A stretch of 64,000 nt of DNA from Hormiphora californensis (GCA_020137815.1 CM035358.1:6572001-6636000); one strand, 5' to 3'. Numbered from the stretch's first letter, positions 50,264 through 63,498 are shown. Made by a program: numbers and translations. The notes: generated by a model not told the origin, from the letters alone.

Positions 50264-52267
50264 TTACTTTCAAACGCTGTGACAGCTTGTACCATGATAT
50301 CTGCAACTGAATTCAAAGTATAGACAGAAACATAAATGGAACTTGAAGAGCGGATAGATATCATGCTGCGAAGTGAAATCAACTTGACTTGGAGGAAGCA
50401 TATCAATGATTGAACGTAGAACAAGATGGGTTCTAATCTGGATTCTAACAAGACCGAAGTTATAAATTAATCTGCCAAACTCCCACAGAGAGTGTGAGCT
50501 TCACAAGGTATAAGTAGGGCAAGAGATTAATAAAGTCATTACTCATCTGTCACACCTTACTTAAACTTTGAGTAGCACAAACGATTGGAATGATAATCAA
50601 CAACTATCAGAAGCAGTAGATGTAGATAGGAAAATAAACAGCACATGTTATATTGACGTAATGACGTGATAGCAATGCAGATTGGAGAAGAAACAACAAG
50701 ATAAGAGGAAATAACAACAGTCAACAGTTCAACTTGGAAGTTGAGTAGTTACGGAAATACCAATTCCGAGGTGTCACAAGACATTGGAGGTGTCAGAAGT
50801 TAGGAGACTGAAAGATGAGCCTTATCGGATTTCTTCACACATAATCATGTGGCACATATCCGGGAGAGAAAGATGAGAGAGCGAGGGGAAAAAGGAGAGA
50901 GATCGAGGGGGAAAGAGGAGAGAGAGGGCACAGACTAATTTGGGATTACGTAAGTCATCTCAAATACTATTTCCACAACATTAAATACCTATGGTGCTTG
51001 TGAATAGGGTATATGAGGTAATGTGTGATAGACCAATTACAGTGATACTCCTCCAAGGATCGCAATATCTCAACTGATGATGATACTTACCTAGCCCCTT
51101 TTGTAGAGGGGGTTAGAACTATTATAGCTAGTATCTAAACAACAAAGTACTTAGCAAGTAGTGACACAACAGACAACATTCCGAAAGTATTGATGACTCA
51201 TTTCAGAAATGCGTGCTTGGAGATCGGGGGGATCATGCCTGCTGGGAAATAGTCCGTGGAATGCATGCCTGTCTGCGGTCTACAACGTCATATTTGGAGA
51301 TCTTTACTTTCTTTGTCGGGCCACAATTGCTTTGTTCCAACTGTTATCACTTGTGTCGCAAAGTTATTTACTATCGCAAAGTTAGTTACCATTGACGTCA
51401 TAATATGCAACACAAAGCAAGGAGCTGTAATTTACAAGAATTCTTAGAATGGATGGAACGCGTGCGTGATTGGACACTTTTTCATCAACTCTCCGCCAGC
51501 TCTCTTCAAGCAAAGCACCTTCCTACTTAGCAACATAATACAACAAGTTAGAAGTTGTAAAAAGATAGGGAAACACAAGACAGCATCACACAGCAATGGT
51601 AGCAAGGTAGGTTGTACTAGGTATGGGATTTCGTGACTTGGTATTCGCATTGGAACAAAAAAAACGATACCCCCCAGTAAACATGTATTAGGATTAGGAG
51701 AGAGAATTAGGAATAGAATTCAGGGATAAAATGAAACAGCAATGAGCGGCAATGAGAAAGCCGAAAGAAGTTGCACCTCCGAATTGATAAAGAATGCCCC
51801 TCAGTAGCTGAAATGGGGTGACTTGGTGCAAGTCACGTAACTCTCATCCTGTGACGTCAATAAGGCGGTGGAATGTTTTTACGTGGAAGTGAAAGAGAGC
51901 TGTAGAAAGTAGCAAAAACAAGGCAGAGAGAGAGGGAGATGGAATGAGTATCCATATTGGATTTGTTCAGACTGTCTCTAGAAATGATATGGCATTGAAA
52001 AACATGGAATTTGGAAAGTTTTTCGGTAGAAGCAGACGAAAATCGATCTTAACTAAAATCTAGCACTTTTATTGTTTCTGTATTGATTCTTGGATCCCCA
52101 TGACAGATTTATCACCTAAAGCAAAAACAGATATGTAAAAACAATTGTTCACAAAATGTACATAAAGAAAGGGGGTCTGAGTAACTCAATGCAGCCGCAT
52201 AGCTATAGCAGAGACTTCAATAACAGTGTTCAACCTCCCCTCCCAATATCACGTGTTATACCACATA

Positions 52268-52940
52268 CAGTTCCCCACACTTCTCGTGCACACATACAGC
52301 TGATGTGAACCTGGAACCGATCACTTTATATTACACGTGAAGAGAAAAACCACATGACATCACTAAGCCAATATAACGCAAACCGCGATTAGGAAGAACC
52401 ACATCTCTAAAATCTTTACTTACTTCACATCAACAGATGGTGGAAATACTCTAGAAGTATGAAAAAAACACGTGATCAAACATACCATGTCCCCTTATCA
52501 TGCGCAAGCTCGAGGTTGCAGACACATGCACAACTACTTACAGGTTGGATCTCACGTGAACAAGATCTTCCAGTCCCTCGAGATTTAACTGCTGTTGAAG
52601 TTTTAATTGCTGGCGTGGTAACGGATTCTGGAGGTGATGTTGTAATGGGGGACAAGCACGATGGAGGACTTGACAAGGTACTGGTTCAATAATAACGGGG
52701 GGTGTGTCTGGAGGAGTGTCGTCAAGGTCGACAGTTAGTATTGGTGTTACAACAACTCCTTTAGGCGATGTAACAACTGCTTTAGGGCAGCCTGTTGGTG
52801 ATGAGACACTGTGAGTTTCACTGCAGGTCACATCTTTGCGTGATAAGTGGACAAGGTGTCTGTTATTCCCACTCTGCCCTACAGGAACAAGATGATTCCC
52901 GCCTTGTATCTGCAGAATCCTGTCCCCCCAACGACAGCCC
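52268..52940 (-). CDS. Possible exons of an unidentified gene
   Basis: Open frame GDRILQIQG..P/T-rich..LVHVRSN ends at CT|GTAAGT (~52540) and is phase-matched to a small exon FTSAVCVHEKCGE (~52309-52268); the 5' side is lost in error-rich sequence. Confidence 0.3.
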
Positions 52941-55014
52941 CCCCCCGGGTACACGATTTAAAAAAACTGCTGCTCATTGCCCACGCAAATTGGGGGGTTT
53001 TTTTTTTTTGATTGATTTACCCCAGCAATTTTTAAAAAAAAATTTTTGAAAAAAAAAATTGCCCAAAAAGGAAAAAAGGGGGTCTGAACCCCCTCCCAGG
53101 ACCCCCTAAACGGGTTTAAAACCCCTCCCCCCCCCATTCACGTTTTCCCCTTTCCCCCTTTCGTAAAATTAAGGGGGCCGGGCCTTTTTCCAAAAAAACC
53201 ACAAAACATCACAAGCAAATTAAAAAAAAGGGTTTTAAAAAAAACCTAAAATTTTTTTTTTTCCGGGGAAAATCCCAAAAGAAAACATTTGGAAAACCAC
53301 CCCCCCTTTATGGGAACCATTAAACCCTGCAAACCCAGGGGGGGTTACTGAAAACTTCCATTCCCCCAAAAACGGGGAATTTTAAATTTCTTAAAGGTTT
53401 GGAGGGGTTGAAGGGGCCCAGAACCCGGGAGGGGGCTTTAAAAGGGTGTTTTCCAGGGTGTGTCGGGTTTGGACATTAGAGGTTTTAAAAACCCAAATTT
53501 TTTGGGGGGCCGAAAAACACCAGGCCCCCGGGGGAAGAAAGGGGCCCCCAAAAAAAGGGGGAAAAGGGGGGGCCCCACCGGCCCCGGAAAAACCCCCCTT
53601 GACCCCCCCCCAAACAGCCCCCTCCCCCCAAAGGGAAAAACGGGCCTTCCCCCCGGGCCCCAAAAAAAAAGGGGGGTTTTTGGAAAGGGGAGGGGCCGTC
53701 TTTCCCCCCGGACCCCGCACGGGACCCCCCGGGGGGGGGGGGAAATAAAAACTTTTCCCGGGTTAGACCCCGAATTTTTTTTTTTCCCTAAAAAAGCCCC
53801 ACTTTCGAAAACCCCTGAGGAAAATCAGGACGGGAGAAAAAACCCGCCCCCCAAAACCCCCGGGGAGGCCTTCCCCACCCCCCCCCCCCCCCGGGAAAAG
53901 GCCCCCTTTGTGGGTTTTTGGCCCCCAACAAAATCCCATTTTTGGGGGGAAAAGGGGGAAAGGAAAATAAAAAACCCCCCCCCCCAAAAAAAAGCGAAAA
54001 AAACGGAAAGGGGTAGGGGAAGAGAAAAGGAAAAAAAAAAGGGGGAAGAAAAAAGAAAAAAGGGGGGGGGAAAAAAAAGGGGGGGAAAGGGACGGGGAGG
54101 GAAACGAGAGGGGGGCGGGGGGGGGAAAAAGAGAGGAAATCTCACAATGTCCCCAATTATTAATAAAAAATTAAAAAAAAAAAAGGCGGACCCGGATAGA
54201 TCTTGTGGAGATTTTAAACGTTCAAAAAAAATATTGCAAACTATACATAATCATACTTGTTTCCCGTAATCCAATTAATCAATTAATATCGTCCCAAAGG
54301 ACCCAATACTAAAGTTTTTGTCTAATGATTTAGTTTATCACAAAACGGTTAAAAAAAGCCGCGTGGTTGTTTTGATTTGAAAATACCCTAAAAAAATAAG
54401 AAGTGTTTTCGAGAAAAAGAGGAAATTAGAAAGAGAGAAAGGTTTTTTATTTAAAAGGGCGGTTTATAAACTAATAAGGGAAAAACGAGTGTAATTTGGA
54501 AAAAAACCCCATTCCATCCGTGTTTTTGCTTCGACCCCTTTCTTGACAATCCCATCCGGCCACGCAAGATTGGCGTTGAATTTGGGGAGATTCTTTTGTG
54601 AAAAAAATGGAGTCTAGGATAAAACCCCTCCTGGTGCCCTTTTAATTCTGTCAGGGAGTCCTAACAAGGTGTTCTCTATCTTTCACTCTCTCTCCCCCTA
54701 TCTCTCTCACAAACTCTCTCTCTCTCTCTCTCTCTCTCAGCTCCCATCAATCTCAGTTGGGTGTGAAAAACCTAGGCGGGAACGGGCTGTTGGCTTTAAT
54801 AGCAAGCCTCGCAAACCCCCAAAAAATTTGTGAAGTATGCACTACGGACTATCCGAAAAATAAAGCAGGAAAATATAACTATGACATAATCAGAGAATTG
54901 GAAAAAAGTTGTAGAACCTGTGAAAGTGCAGTTCAATTCTCGGTCTGTGAGTGGTGTGCCGTTACCATGCACGGTTTTTTTTTTTAATTGCCGCACACGA
55001 TTTCAGGGAAGGAG

Positions 55015-55046
55015 GAGAGAGAGAGAGAGAGAGAGGAAGAAGAAGA

Positions 55047-55106
<60 letters not shown>
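55015..55106. repeat. (GA)n microsatellite
   Basis: GA run with a GAA insert. Confidence 0.95.
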
Positions 55107-55107
<1 letters not shown>

Positions 55108-56371
55108 GAGAACAGATAGTTAGAGTCTTTGGTGGCCGAGAGATATTCACGGCACAACTACGACACATCTAGACGGCAAGCATCGTATTATACCGTCTAT
55201 CAAGTTACTACGTGCACGTTTCTTGTGTCGGTTCGGTATTATGTACTACGTGCAGGTTTCTTGTGTCGGTTCGGTATTACAGTCGGTTCGAATATAATAA
55301 GAAATGATAAATAGGTCCTTCGGTCCTTAATGATTTGGCGGGGGATACACCGCCAAGAAGCGTTTATTATTCTGGGATTCTGATTTGTCATTTAGATTTG
55401 AGGCTAATTTTTGGGCATCTTTTTTGGAATCTGTCCAAAAGACCAAGTAACCCGAGCTGCGCTAATAGTTAAGACCACTCAATTTTCTTTGGTTTTTTAA
55501 TACAAGCGACAGACTGAGTTTTGGTGCCAATGATACCCTAGCTAGGCCACCACCGTCCTCAGTAGAGGTGTATAAGTACATTATGCCCTTTTGGGTTCTA
55601 TCCGCGAAGCGGCCGTCGCCACAGGATAACGGGAATAATGGCCCAAAGGATAGAGCTATCAAGTTAGCTCTCCTGCCTTCTAGTTCTCTCTCTGCACTCT
55701 CCTCTCACTATCTATTTTCTCTCTCTCTCTCTCTTCTCTTCTCTCTCCCCCATCCCCCCTTTCCGTCTCTAAAAGAGAGGGTGCACTGCTGCACATCATG
55801 TGTGGCACGGACAATTGAATTCAGGAAAGCCAATTTTTCGAAACGAAATTTTGAAACATACAAAGATGAGCTGAGCAGGGGAGGGGAAATAAGATGGGGA
55901 GGGGGATAAGGAAGATGAGCTGGGCAGGTGAGTAGGGGAATGAGAAGATGTTTGCCACTGCTGCAATTTAGTGGCAGGAGATGCAAAGGAACCCCTATTA
56001 TACCACGAAAGGTCTCAAGTTTTGATGAAAATCATTTCCCCTCCGTCTGTCAGTTCGTCTGTGTGAATGTGAACTGAAGCCACATGCGAGGATCAGGTAG
56101 AAAAGATAAGAACTCATGGGTGCCCGTGATGATTCTCTGCCGACACTGGAGGGCTTCCCGCCCTAATGTCATCCTACACAGAAAAAGAAGAGGAAAAAAG
56201 AATCTGGCACCTCACTGTCTATCTTGATTCTTGTTCGGACTCTATATTGCACAGGACGAACGGTTCAATACCTACTTATCATGAGTAGTGTTGTACTTGG
56301 ATACGGCAGGAAAAAGGCTTCAAATGAACCACAAGGCAACCAGCTAAATAATAAACTGTCTAGTGTCTAGC

Positions 56372-56481
56372 CAGGAACCGACCGAAACAAGTAAACAACC
56401 AATCAGAACTCGTTATTTAGTTCACGTGACTGGTTATCAGCCAATCAGGGACCATATATTTCCTGATTCGGTCGGTTCCTA
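56372..56481 (+). mobile_element. hAT-type MITE family A, full length
   Basis: TIRs present; 8-bp TSD TGTCTAGC (56364-56371, 56482-56489). Confidence 0.92.
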
Positions 56482-56569
56482 TGTCTAGCTATGGTTTCAA
56501 CTCACTGTCAGCTCACGAAATAGTATCAGTATGCCAGAAATGTTAAGAAAACTAAAAAGACACGTACTA

Positions 56570-56741
56570 CAGTCGGACCCCGATTTAACGGCACCCTCGG
56601 GGGAAAGGGTTTTGTCCGTTAAATCGGGGTGTCCGCTAAATCGGGGTAAAATACTGTTAATTTCCTATATCGGGGGAAGATTATCCTTCCGTTAAATCGG
56701 GGTGCCGTTAAATCGGGGGCCGTTAAATCGGGGTCCGACTG
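56570..56741. mobile_element. 172-bp Tc1/pogo-type MITE
   Basis: TA|CAGTCGGACCCCGATTTAACGGC..GCCGTTAAATCGGGGTCCGACTG|TA; internal CCGTTAAATCGGGG repeats; partial relative at ~21565-21612. Confidence 0.9.
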
Positions 56742-56919
56742 TATAGTGTGGTTATTCCAACCGTACGGTCTATTTATGCAGACCTCTGCACATATAGACA
56801 TATGTCGTAATAGACCATGCATTGACCATGAATATAACATGACACATATATATCTTGGGTGCTAAATGATCTCACAACATGGTGTGTGATGGGTAAACAA
56901 GCAGGATGCACTCAATTCA

Positions 56920-57010
56920 AGAAATACTGGTCCCTGATTGGCTGATAACCAGTCACGTGACCTAAATAACGAGTTCTGATTGGTTGTTTACTTGTTTCGG
57001 TCGGTTCCAG
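56920..57010 (-). mobile_element. hAT-type MITE family A, truncated copy
   Basis: One TIR missing; flanked by ~28-bp duplication GTAAACAAGCAGGAT(CT)GCACTCAATTCA. Confidence 0.85.
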
Positions 57011-57190
57011 GTAAACAAGCAGGATCTGCACTCAATTCATGAAATTTCTCCCAATATATATCCCCAGATCCCTGAAGAAAAGGTTCTCCCCACCACGGGG
57101 CTCAAAGTTTAGAGCTCATGCCGGAGCTATTATATGGTCTAACAAGTAGCGCCCTTCATCAACCCCCGGTTTACAATAAAGTGTTCTTAC

Positions 57191-58931
57191 CCGGTGCGTG
57201 GCACAAGGGTGTCCAAGCTTCCAAAATCAAGATCCAGTGACACAGGTCTGGGGGCCACTTCGACCAGCTTTGGAGCAGCTGATCCACCAGAGCTCTTTCT
57301 CCGGACCTGAAATGATAGCGAAATATTATCTCTTTGTCTTCATGAAATAACTTGTAGACTTGTTATATAGACCATAAAACCAGCCGCCGTTGTTTTAGTA
57401 GAAATATTCTTAGGTTTCTACTGTAACCTATTTTGTTTTTCTTTTATGTATTTGAATAGTCATTCTGACTTTGTCTCACGTTTCTTGTTACTATTTGTTA
57501 GACTTCCTATTTTTTGTTGCAAAACTGGTTAAATTTCCAAGGAAAATAATAAACTCATGGCTGGTTTCGGGTTTCTTGTGAGTTTGTTCGTGCGTCACTA
57601 CCATGTTGTGTGTGTAGAAAGACATGGGTACTGCAGGTTGCAGTGAATAAGACACTAAGTAGGGTTAAATTTCGGTGGATGAATAATATTCATTGAATAT
57701 ACTCCTTCCAAGTTCCAGATTTCAGAAATACTGTGCATCATTATGGTTACTACTAAAGTTCCATCCAACTGTCTCAAAAACTAACTGCAAACATATAACT
57801 TGACGGAAAAAAGACATAGTTATATAAGTTTTGTGGGGACTGGGGAACCAACTAATATCAATTTACAGCCGTAAGCTGGTGATATGTTAGACTATTATTG
57901 GCCCCAGGCGCTTGTCAGCGCTACATACTAATTACCTGGAGGCTTGATTTAGATTTCCTCCTCCGACCCGGTGTAAGGGGAGATGTCCTCTCTGTCGGAG
58001 CATGGTCTACTGGGACGTTGTACTGCCGACTGAAAAGAGAGAATGGAGATGTAAGGAGGGCCGACGTGAAAGTTAAGACAATGTCCAGTGAAGTGAGATG
58101 TTAGGACTACTGAAGTGAGAGTTGTTAGGACAATGTCCACTAAAGTGAGAGTGAGATGTTCCCGTTTTGCTGGGTGAGATGGAGACTCAGACAGTACAAA
58201 TTAGGGTTTGTCTGACAGGGGATATCTAAGGGAAGAACTGACTGACAAACTTGCATAATTTTGTTTTTGACAACCTAAATTATTCACGTCACCATATGAT
58301 ATCTCCATCTCGAGATATCTCTATCAGTATCTAAATTTCTATCAATATATCTTTTTCTCTCGCTGTGTAAATCCCAGAACAATCTCTGTCTTAATTTCTC
58401 ATAACTGTACAATTGTTTGTATAACGCGTCAACTCGAGAGGACCCCGGAGAGAGCCCCCTATTGTACAAACAAGACGTACTTGTGTAGGTTTGTTCGTCT
58501 GTACACATCAATAACAACACAGTTTCTACAACTGCCAAACAATGTACTGGCCATCGTGCTCCAGTAAAGTTCGATTTACAAGGTCTCTGATTGGAATATT
58601 TCTGAAATATACCAATATATTAGGTCTCGAAATATTACTTCGAGACCTAATAAATCGAGAGAGTCGATATCAGTCACTTACAAAAGAAGATAAAATGCAA
58701 CATTGATCAGTCACCGTTTCAGTTACCATGGTTACCATGGTAACCATGGTTACTTACAAAAGCAGAGAAAAAGCAACATATCCAAGAAAGATGAGGAACA
58801 GTATGGTGTAGTAGAGTTTGACAAGTTGAGGTATCAGGGTGAGATCTTGTATCATACCCGACCAGAGACGTGATGTAACAGTCCACAACACCGCCGTTAA
58901 TGTCATGATATATATGGTCTGGGAGTATGCC
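57191..58931 (-). CDS. 3' exons of a multi-pass membrane protein, possibly family-B/adhesion GPCR-like (TM6-TM7 and tail)
   Basis: Exons 58931-58758 (IYIMTLTAVLWTV..YYTILFLIFLGYVAFSLL), 58601-58481 (LNIPIRDLV..; one extra base), 58029-57936 and 57306-57191 (basic/Ser-rich tail). Boundaries are GT-AG and phases agree apart from the single indel. Confidence 0.5.
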
Positions 58932-59065
58932 CTGGATCGGTTATATAGAGGTGGTGATATTTCTATAACAACGATTTAGCATGGCAGTATGTACATACTA
59001 AAATTCAAGTCAGAAGAATCAGAGACGTATTTCTAAAATAAAACTAGTAGTAGTAGTACAACTAA

Positions 59066-59499
59066 GGCCGGGTCCAGACGAGTGGTAGGTAGCTACTATG
59101 GTAGGCTACTATGGTAAGCTACCATAGTAGCTGGGAACTGACCAGACGAGTGGTAGCAAAGCTACTATGGTAGGCTAGCTACCACTCGTCTGGCCACCCT
59201 CTGACACATCTACCATGATACTTCTGTAATCATCGGGGGTATCAAGTTTCTTATGCCCCACAGTAAGATGTGACAACAAGTTACAATGGTAGGCGGTCAG
59301 AGGGTGAACAGACGAGTGACCACCTACTATAGTAGCCTACCATGGTAAGCTACTATAGTAGGCGGTTATACCTCGACCTATAACCGCCTACCATAGTAGC
59401 TTATGGTAGATATAGGTGTACAGACGAGTGGTAGCTGTGGTAGATATCTACCATAGTAGCCTACCATAGTAGCTACCTACTACTCGTCTGGACCCGGCC
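59066..59499. mobile_element. PIF/Harbinger-type MITE
   Basis: TAA|GGCCGGGTCCAGACGAGT..ACTCGTCTGGACCCGGCC|TAA; ~50-bp TIRs; internal CTACTATGGTAG subrepeats. Confidence 0.9.
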
Positions 59500-61084
59500 T
59501 AAAAGACAGTATAGACATGCTACTATTCATGCTGCTAAAGGTACACTGCGCGGGAAGGTGTTTTTCACATTAAGCAATGTCAGCTGTCAGGAAAAGACAA
59601 TCAAGCTCAGATGCAAATAATGCTAGAAATATTATAAAGTGCAGCACTATACTCAACTAATACAAAACTTTATAAAGTGCAGCACTACTGTATATAATAC
59701 CTACTACTCTACTACAAAACGCGAAACTTGGAAAGGCCATGTTGTTTATTTGCATATATTATGAGGGGGGAGCACTAGGAAGCTAAAGACGGGTCGACCC
59801 AGTGGGATATGTGATTTACCAGCTATGTGCTACCAAGATGCTGCAATTAGGTTAGTTGCTAAGGAGCGTATTGGGAAACCGTTGTAGTTACCATGGTAAC
59901 CGTTGTAGTTACCAAGGTAACCATTACAGTTACCCTGGTTACAAGTATGACCAACTAAATCATTGTGTTAATTTATACTACTGAGCTGCTGCAGTGACGA
60001 CTAATTGACTCATATTATTCTCTCTCAAGAGGTTGTTCTACTGCTTTGTTGCTCACTCTTACTCTCTCTACTATCTCTCTCCTAGACTCCACTACTAGCC
60101 CGAGTATCTTCATGGTTGGGTAATTTTCCATTTCCGTGATGAGGATGAGAATGTTCTATGTGCATGAGATTTAGACGATGATGCGGCTGTTGACACGCTC
60201 ATCTAGTAATTGCGTCAGTTCAGAGCTGCAGCTGCAGTATATTAGGTGATACACTATTTTGGGACGGGGGTATTCTAGATGCGTCGACTGCTGTTCTACA
60301 ACGATCTAGATCATTATGATCTGTTATCTTGCGAGATATGGCTCACAACTATCTACTAGCAAGCAGGTGGCTTTTTTAGTTGCCTTAGAAATGAATACAG
60401 TCTCAATTCTATTGTCCAAAGTTCACAGGAACCCTATTTCCATGGGATGTGAGGGTCATTGCCTAGGGGATGTGGGAAAATAGGAAACGGGCATGGATGA
60501 TCTGGCGGCGTTGATAGAAAAAAGAGGGAAGAGGGAGCTGGAGGGGAGAGAATGAGGTCTAGAGAGAGGGAGTTTATACAGAGAAAAAGGAGAGAGATAG
60601 AGAAAAAGATGGGATAAAAAGAAGAAGCAGAGATGTTTGGAGTTTGGTAACTCTATCTGGCGATGACCGATGGTTAAACTAGTTGACCATGTATAATACC
60701 AGGTGGGGGTGATCATATGGGAGAGATATCGGATGTGACTGAGATCACAGCCTGGGGAGAGAGATATCGGATATGGCTGATATTAGAGTGATCTCATGAC
60801 TGAGAACGATAGATAGATATCTCCCCCATGGTAACAAGGGGTAGACCCCCTTGTGTCTATCATATCGATTGGTAGATTGTAGAAGGAGGGGGTACCGGGT
60901 AGGTCAAGTGAACCCCTGTCATGGATATAATGGTTCATGGTAAGGAGGCAGGGGCGGGGAATGAACAAGGGGCTCTCTAGTTGACCTGGATCAGTGAAAG
61001 AGCTAATTTGAGAGTTGAAGTGGCTATCTCTATTGCCCTTTTTCCATCCTTCCCTCGCCCCTCTCTCTCTATTGCCCTCTTTCT

Positions 61085-61093
61085 ATCTTTCTA

Positions 61094-61182
<89 letters not shown>
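61085..61182. repeat. (CT)n microsatellite
   Basis: CT run. Confidence 0.95.
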
Positions 61183-61188
<6 letters not shown>

Positions 61189-61868
61189 TTCTATCCCTCT
61201 ATCTCTCCCTTTCTTCTGTCCTCTCTATATCTCTCTCCCAGTCCCCCTGTGATATAGCCCACTACGCTCAAGGGCCCCGACAATTACAACATATATCCCC
61301 GGCCTGTGTAACATGTTTCAGCCCGCCCTAAACATGTTCTCTCTCCGTGGCCTAAACTAGCCATGGTAGAGTTGTAGGTTCATATTTTACAGACCTTAGA
61401 TGAACAGAAAAAAAGGGAAATGAGCTAAGAGAGTGGGAAACAAAGAGAGGGAATGATCATAATAGAGGAGGGGGCGGGCATGCATGGATGAATCTTAACT
61501 GGGGAGACAGAAAGTCTAAAAGTCAGCAACTAGAACTAAGCCTATTCTGCTTCTCAATTCAAGATTCTACTCCTCTCTCCCACGATATAGACCTGCATCT
61601 TTCCCATTGTAACACACAAACTATAGGATCACACTGCACAATAGGTGTTAGCGGTTACACATGTATCAAGTGGTCACACAATTAGTAGTGGTTACAAACA
61701 ATAAATGTGTATTGTGTGAGTAGAAGTGAAAACCACACAGGATGAGACACCAAAGAATACTGGAGAGAGCAATCAAGTGAAAACCATTCTGTGTTCATCG
61801 GGCAGCATGATAGTGAATTAACACATAGTCGCTCCTCCATATGCACGCTATATGACACGATCTAGAAT

Positions 61869-61962
<94 letters not shown>

Positions 61963-62054
61963 GACAGAGACAGAGAGAGACAGCGAGACAGAGAGAGAGA
62001 GAGAGAGAGAAAGAGAAAGAGATAGAGCGAGAGAGAGAGAGAGAAAGAGAGGGA

Positions 62055-62099
<45 letters not shown>

Positions 62100-62106
62100 A
62101 GAGGGA

Positions 62107-62138
<32 letters not shown>

Positions 62139-62170
62139 AAGAGACAGAAAGAGAAAAAAAGGAGAGAGAA
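61869..62170. repeat. (GA)n/(GACA) microsatellite
   Basis: ~300-bp GA-rich tract. Confidence 0.95.
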
Positions 62171-62782
62171 AGAATGTGTGAGAAAAACAATGTTTAAAAA
62201 GATGTGTTAGGCTCATATCCAATTGTCATTAGACAGAAATACTACTACATACACAGATAGGGATGCAGCAGATACAAGGGAAATATGTAACAACAAGGGG
62301 AGAATGAGAGAAGAGTGAGATACTTGGGTGACGAGAGAGTGAGATACTTGGGTAAGAGAGAGAGAGAGTGAGATACTTTCGGATGATGTCACAACACACA
62401 CCCGCTAGTCATGCAGCAGCTCATTTTTAGGATTCCTGAATGTTATTACTGAGCTGTGAGTCGTATGTCATCGCCTATAGTGAGTAGTGAAGTAGGTACT
62501 TTTGTTACAAATATTGGGTTTGCCTAGTTGTACATATTGGTACATATTATAATCAGATGGGTGTATGCTTCCGTTACTTTTTACTTTTTAGTTTCAATGC
62601 CGATAGTAAACCACTATCATAACGGCTATAATTATTATCCTTGAACTATGCCCTAATTATGTCTGTCTGCTGTCTGGTATAGATAATCGTTTTGTCGTTG
62701 CCATCTCTATAACGTCCAATCCTTAATTCTTCTCTTTCTCCCGTCTCGATCTGAATATTCATTTCCTTGTCCTTTACTACGG

Positions 62783-62786
<4 letters not shown>

Positions 62787-62851
<65 letters not shown>

Positions 62852-62925
62852 TGAGAGAGAGTGAGAGAGAGTGAGAGAGAGAGAGAGAAAGATAGGGAGA
62901 AAGAGAGAGAGAGAGAGAGAGAAGG
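62787..62925. repeat. (GA)n microsatellite
   Basis: GA-rich tract. Confidence 0.95.
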
Positions 62926-63170
62926 AGATCTAAAGTAAGGATGAGAAAAGAAGAGACGTCTATTAATGATATGCAGAAATAGCTTTCTTAGCAAACTATT
63001 GAGGACCACTACAATGCATCATCTCTCTATTAAGAAAAGCACGCTATTACGGACAGACAGACGGACATCTGTTATAGAGACAAATGGAGAATAATAGTTA
63101 GTCCACATGGTATCAAGGATCAATTATGAGAAGATCTCAGCTAGATAGCGGATCAGTACAATTGAATGTG

Positions 63171-63234
63171 TACTAAAATGAACAAATAGTCCCGACTCTA
63201 CTAGTAGAGTCGGGACTATTTGTTCATTTTAGTA
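63171..63234. repeat. Perfect 64-bp loopless palindrome
   Basis: TACTAAAATGAACAAATAGTCCCGACTCTACT|AGTAGAGTCGGGACTATTTGTTCATTTTAGTA. Confidence 0.97.
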
Positions 63235-63433
63235 GCTACGGCGACTCATGTGCATGCAGTAACCTAATAAGAGTAATAAGAGGAAACAAAGGATAAAAAC
63301 GTGACTCAACCTGCCTGATACCAACTTAACTTTTCAGATATTAACTCACCCTATAACTGAAAATTACTCACCCTAGATATTGTAACAACCTCTCTGACTC
63401 ACCCTAGTTAACATAACAATCTCTCCAACTCAC

Positions 63434-63498
63434 CCTATAACAGGTTTCAACACAGGAAGTTCAGTTATTTCCTCTTCCTCCTCCTCTTCCGAGCAACC
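63434..63498 (-). CDS. Isolated short exon (GCSEEEEEEEITELPVLKPVI), gene unknown
   Basis: TTTTAG acceptor, open frame, GG|GTGAGT donor; the donor motif recurs three more times downstream. Confidence 0.4.

Noticed and set aside
61795-62222. SL/RE-repeat ORFs here and at 10848, 14136, 50117, 54920, 60981 and 62707
   Set aside because: They are translations of GA/CT microsatellites.
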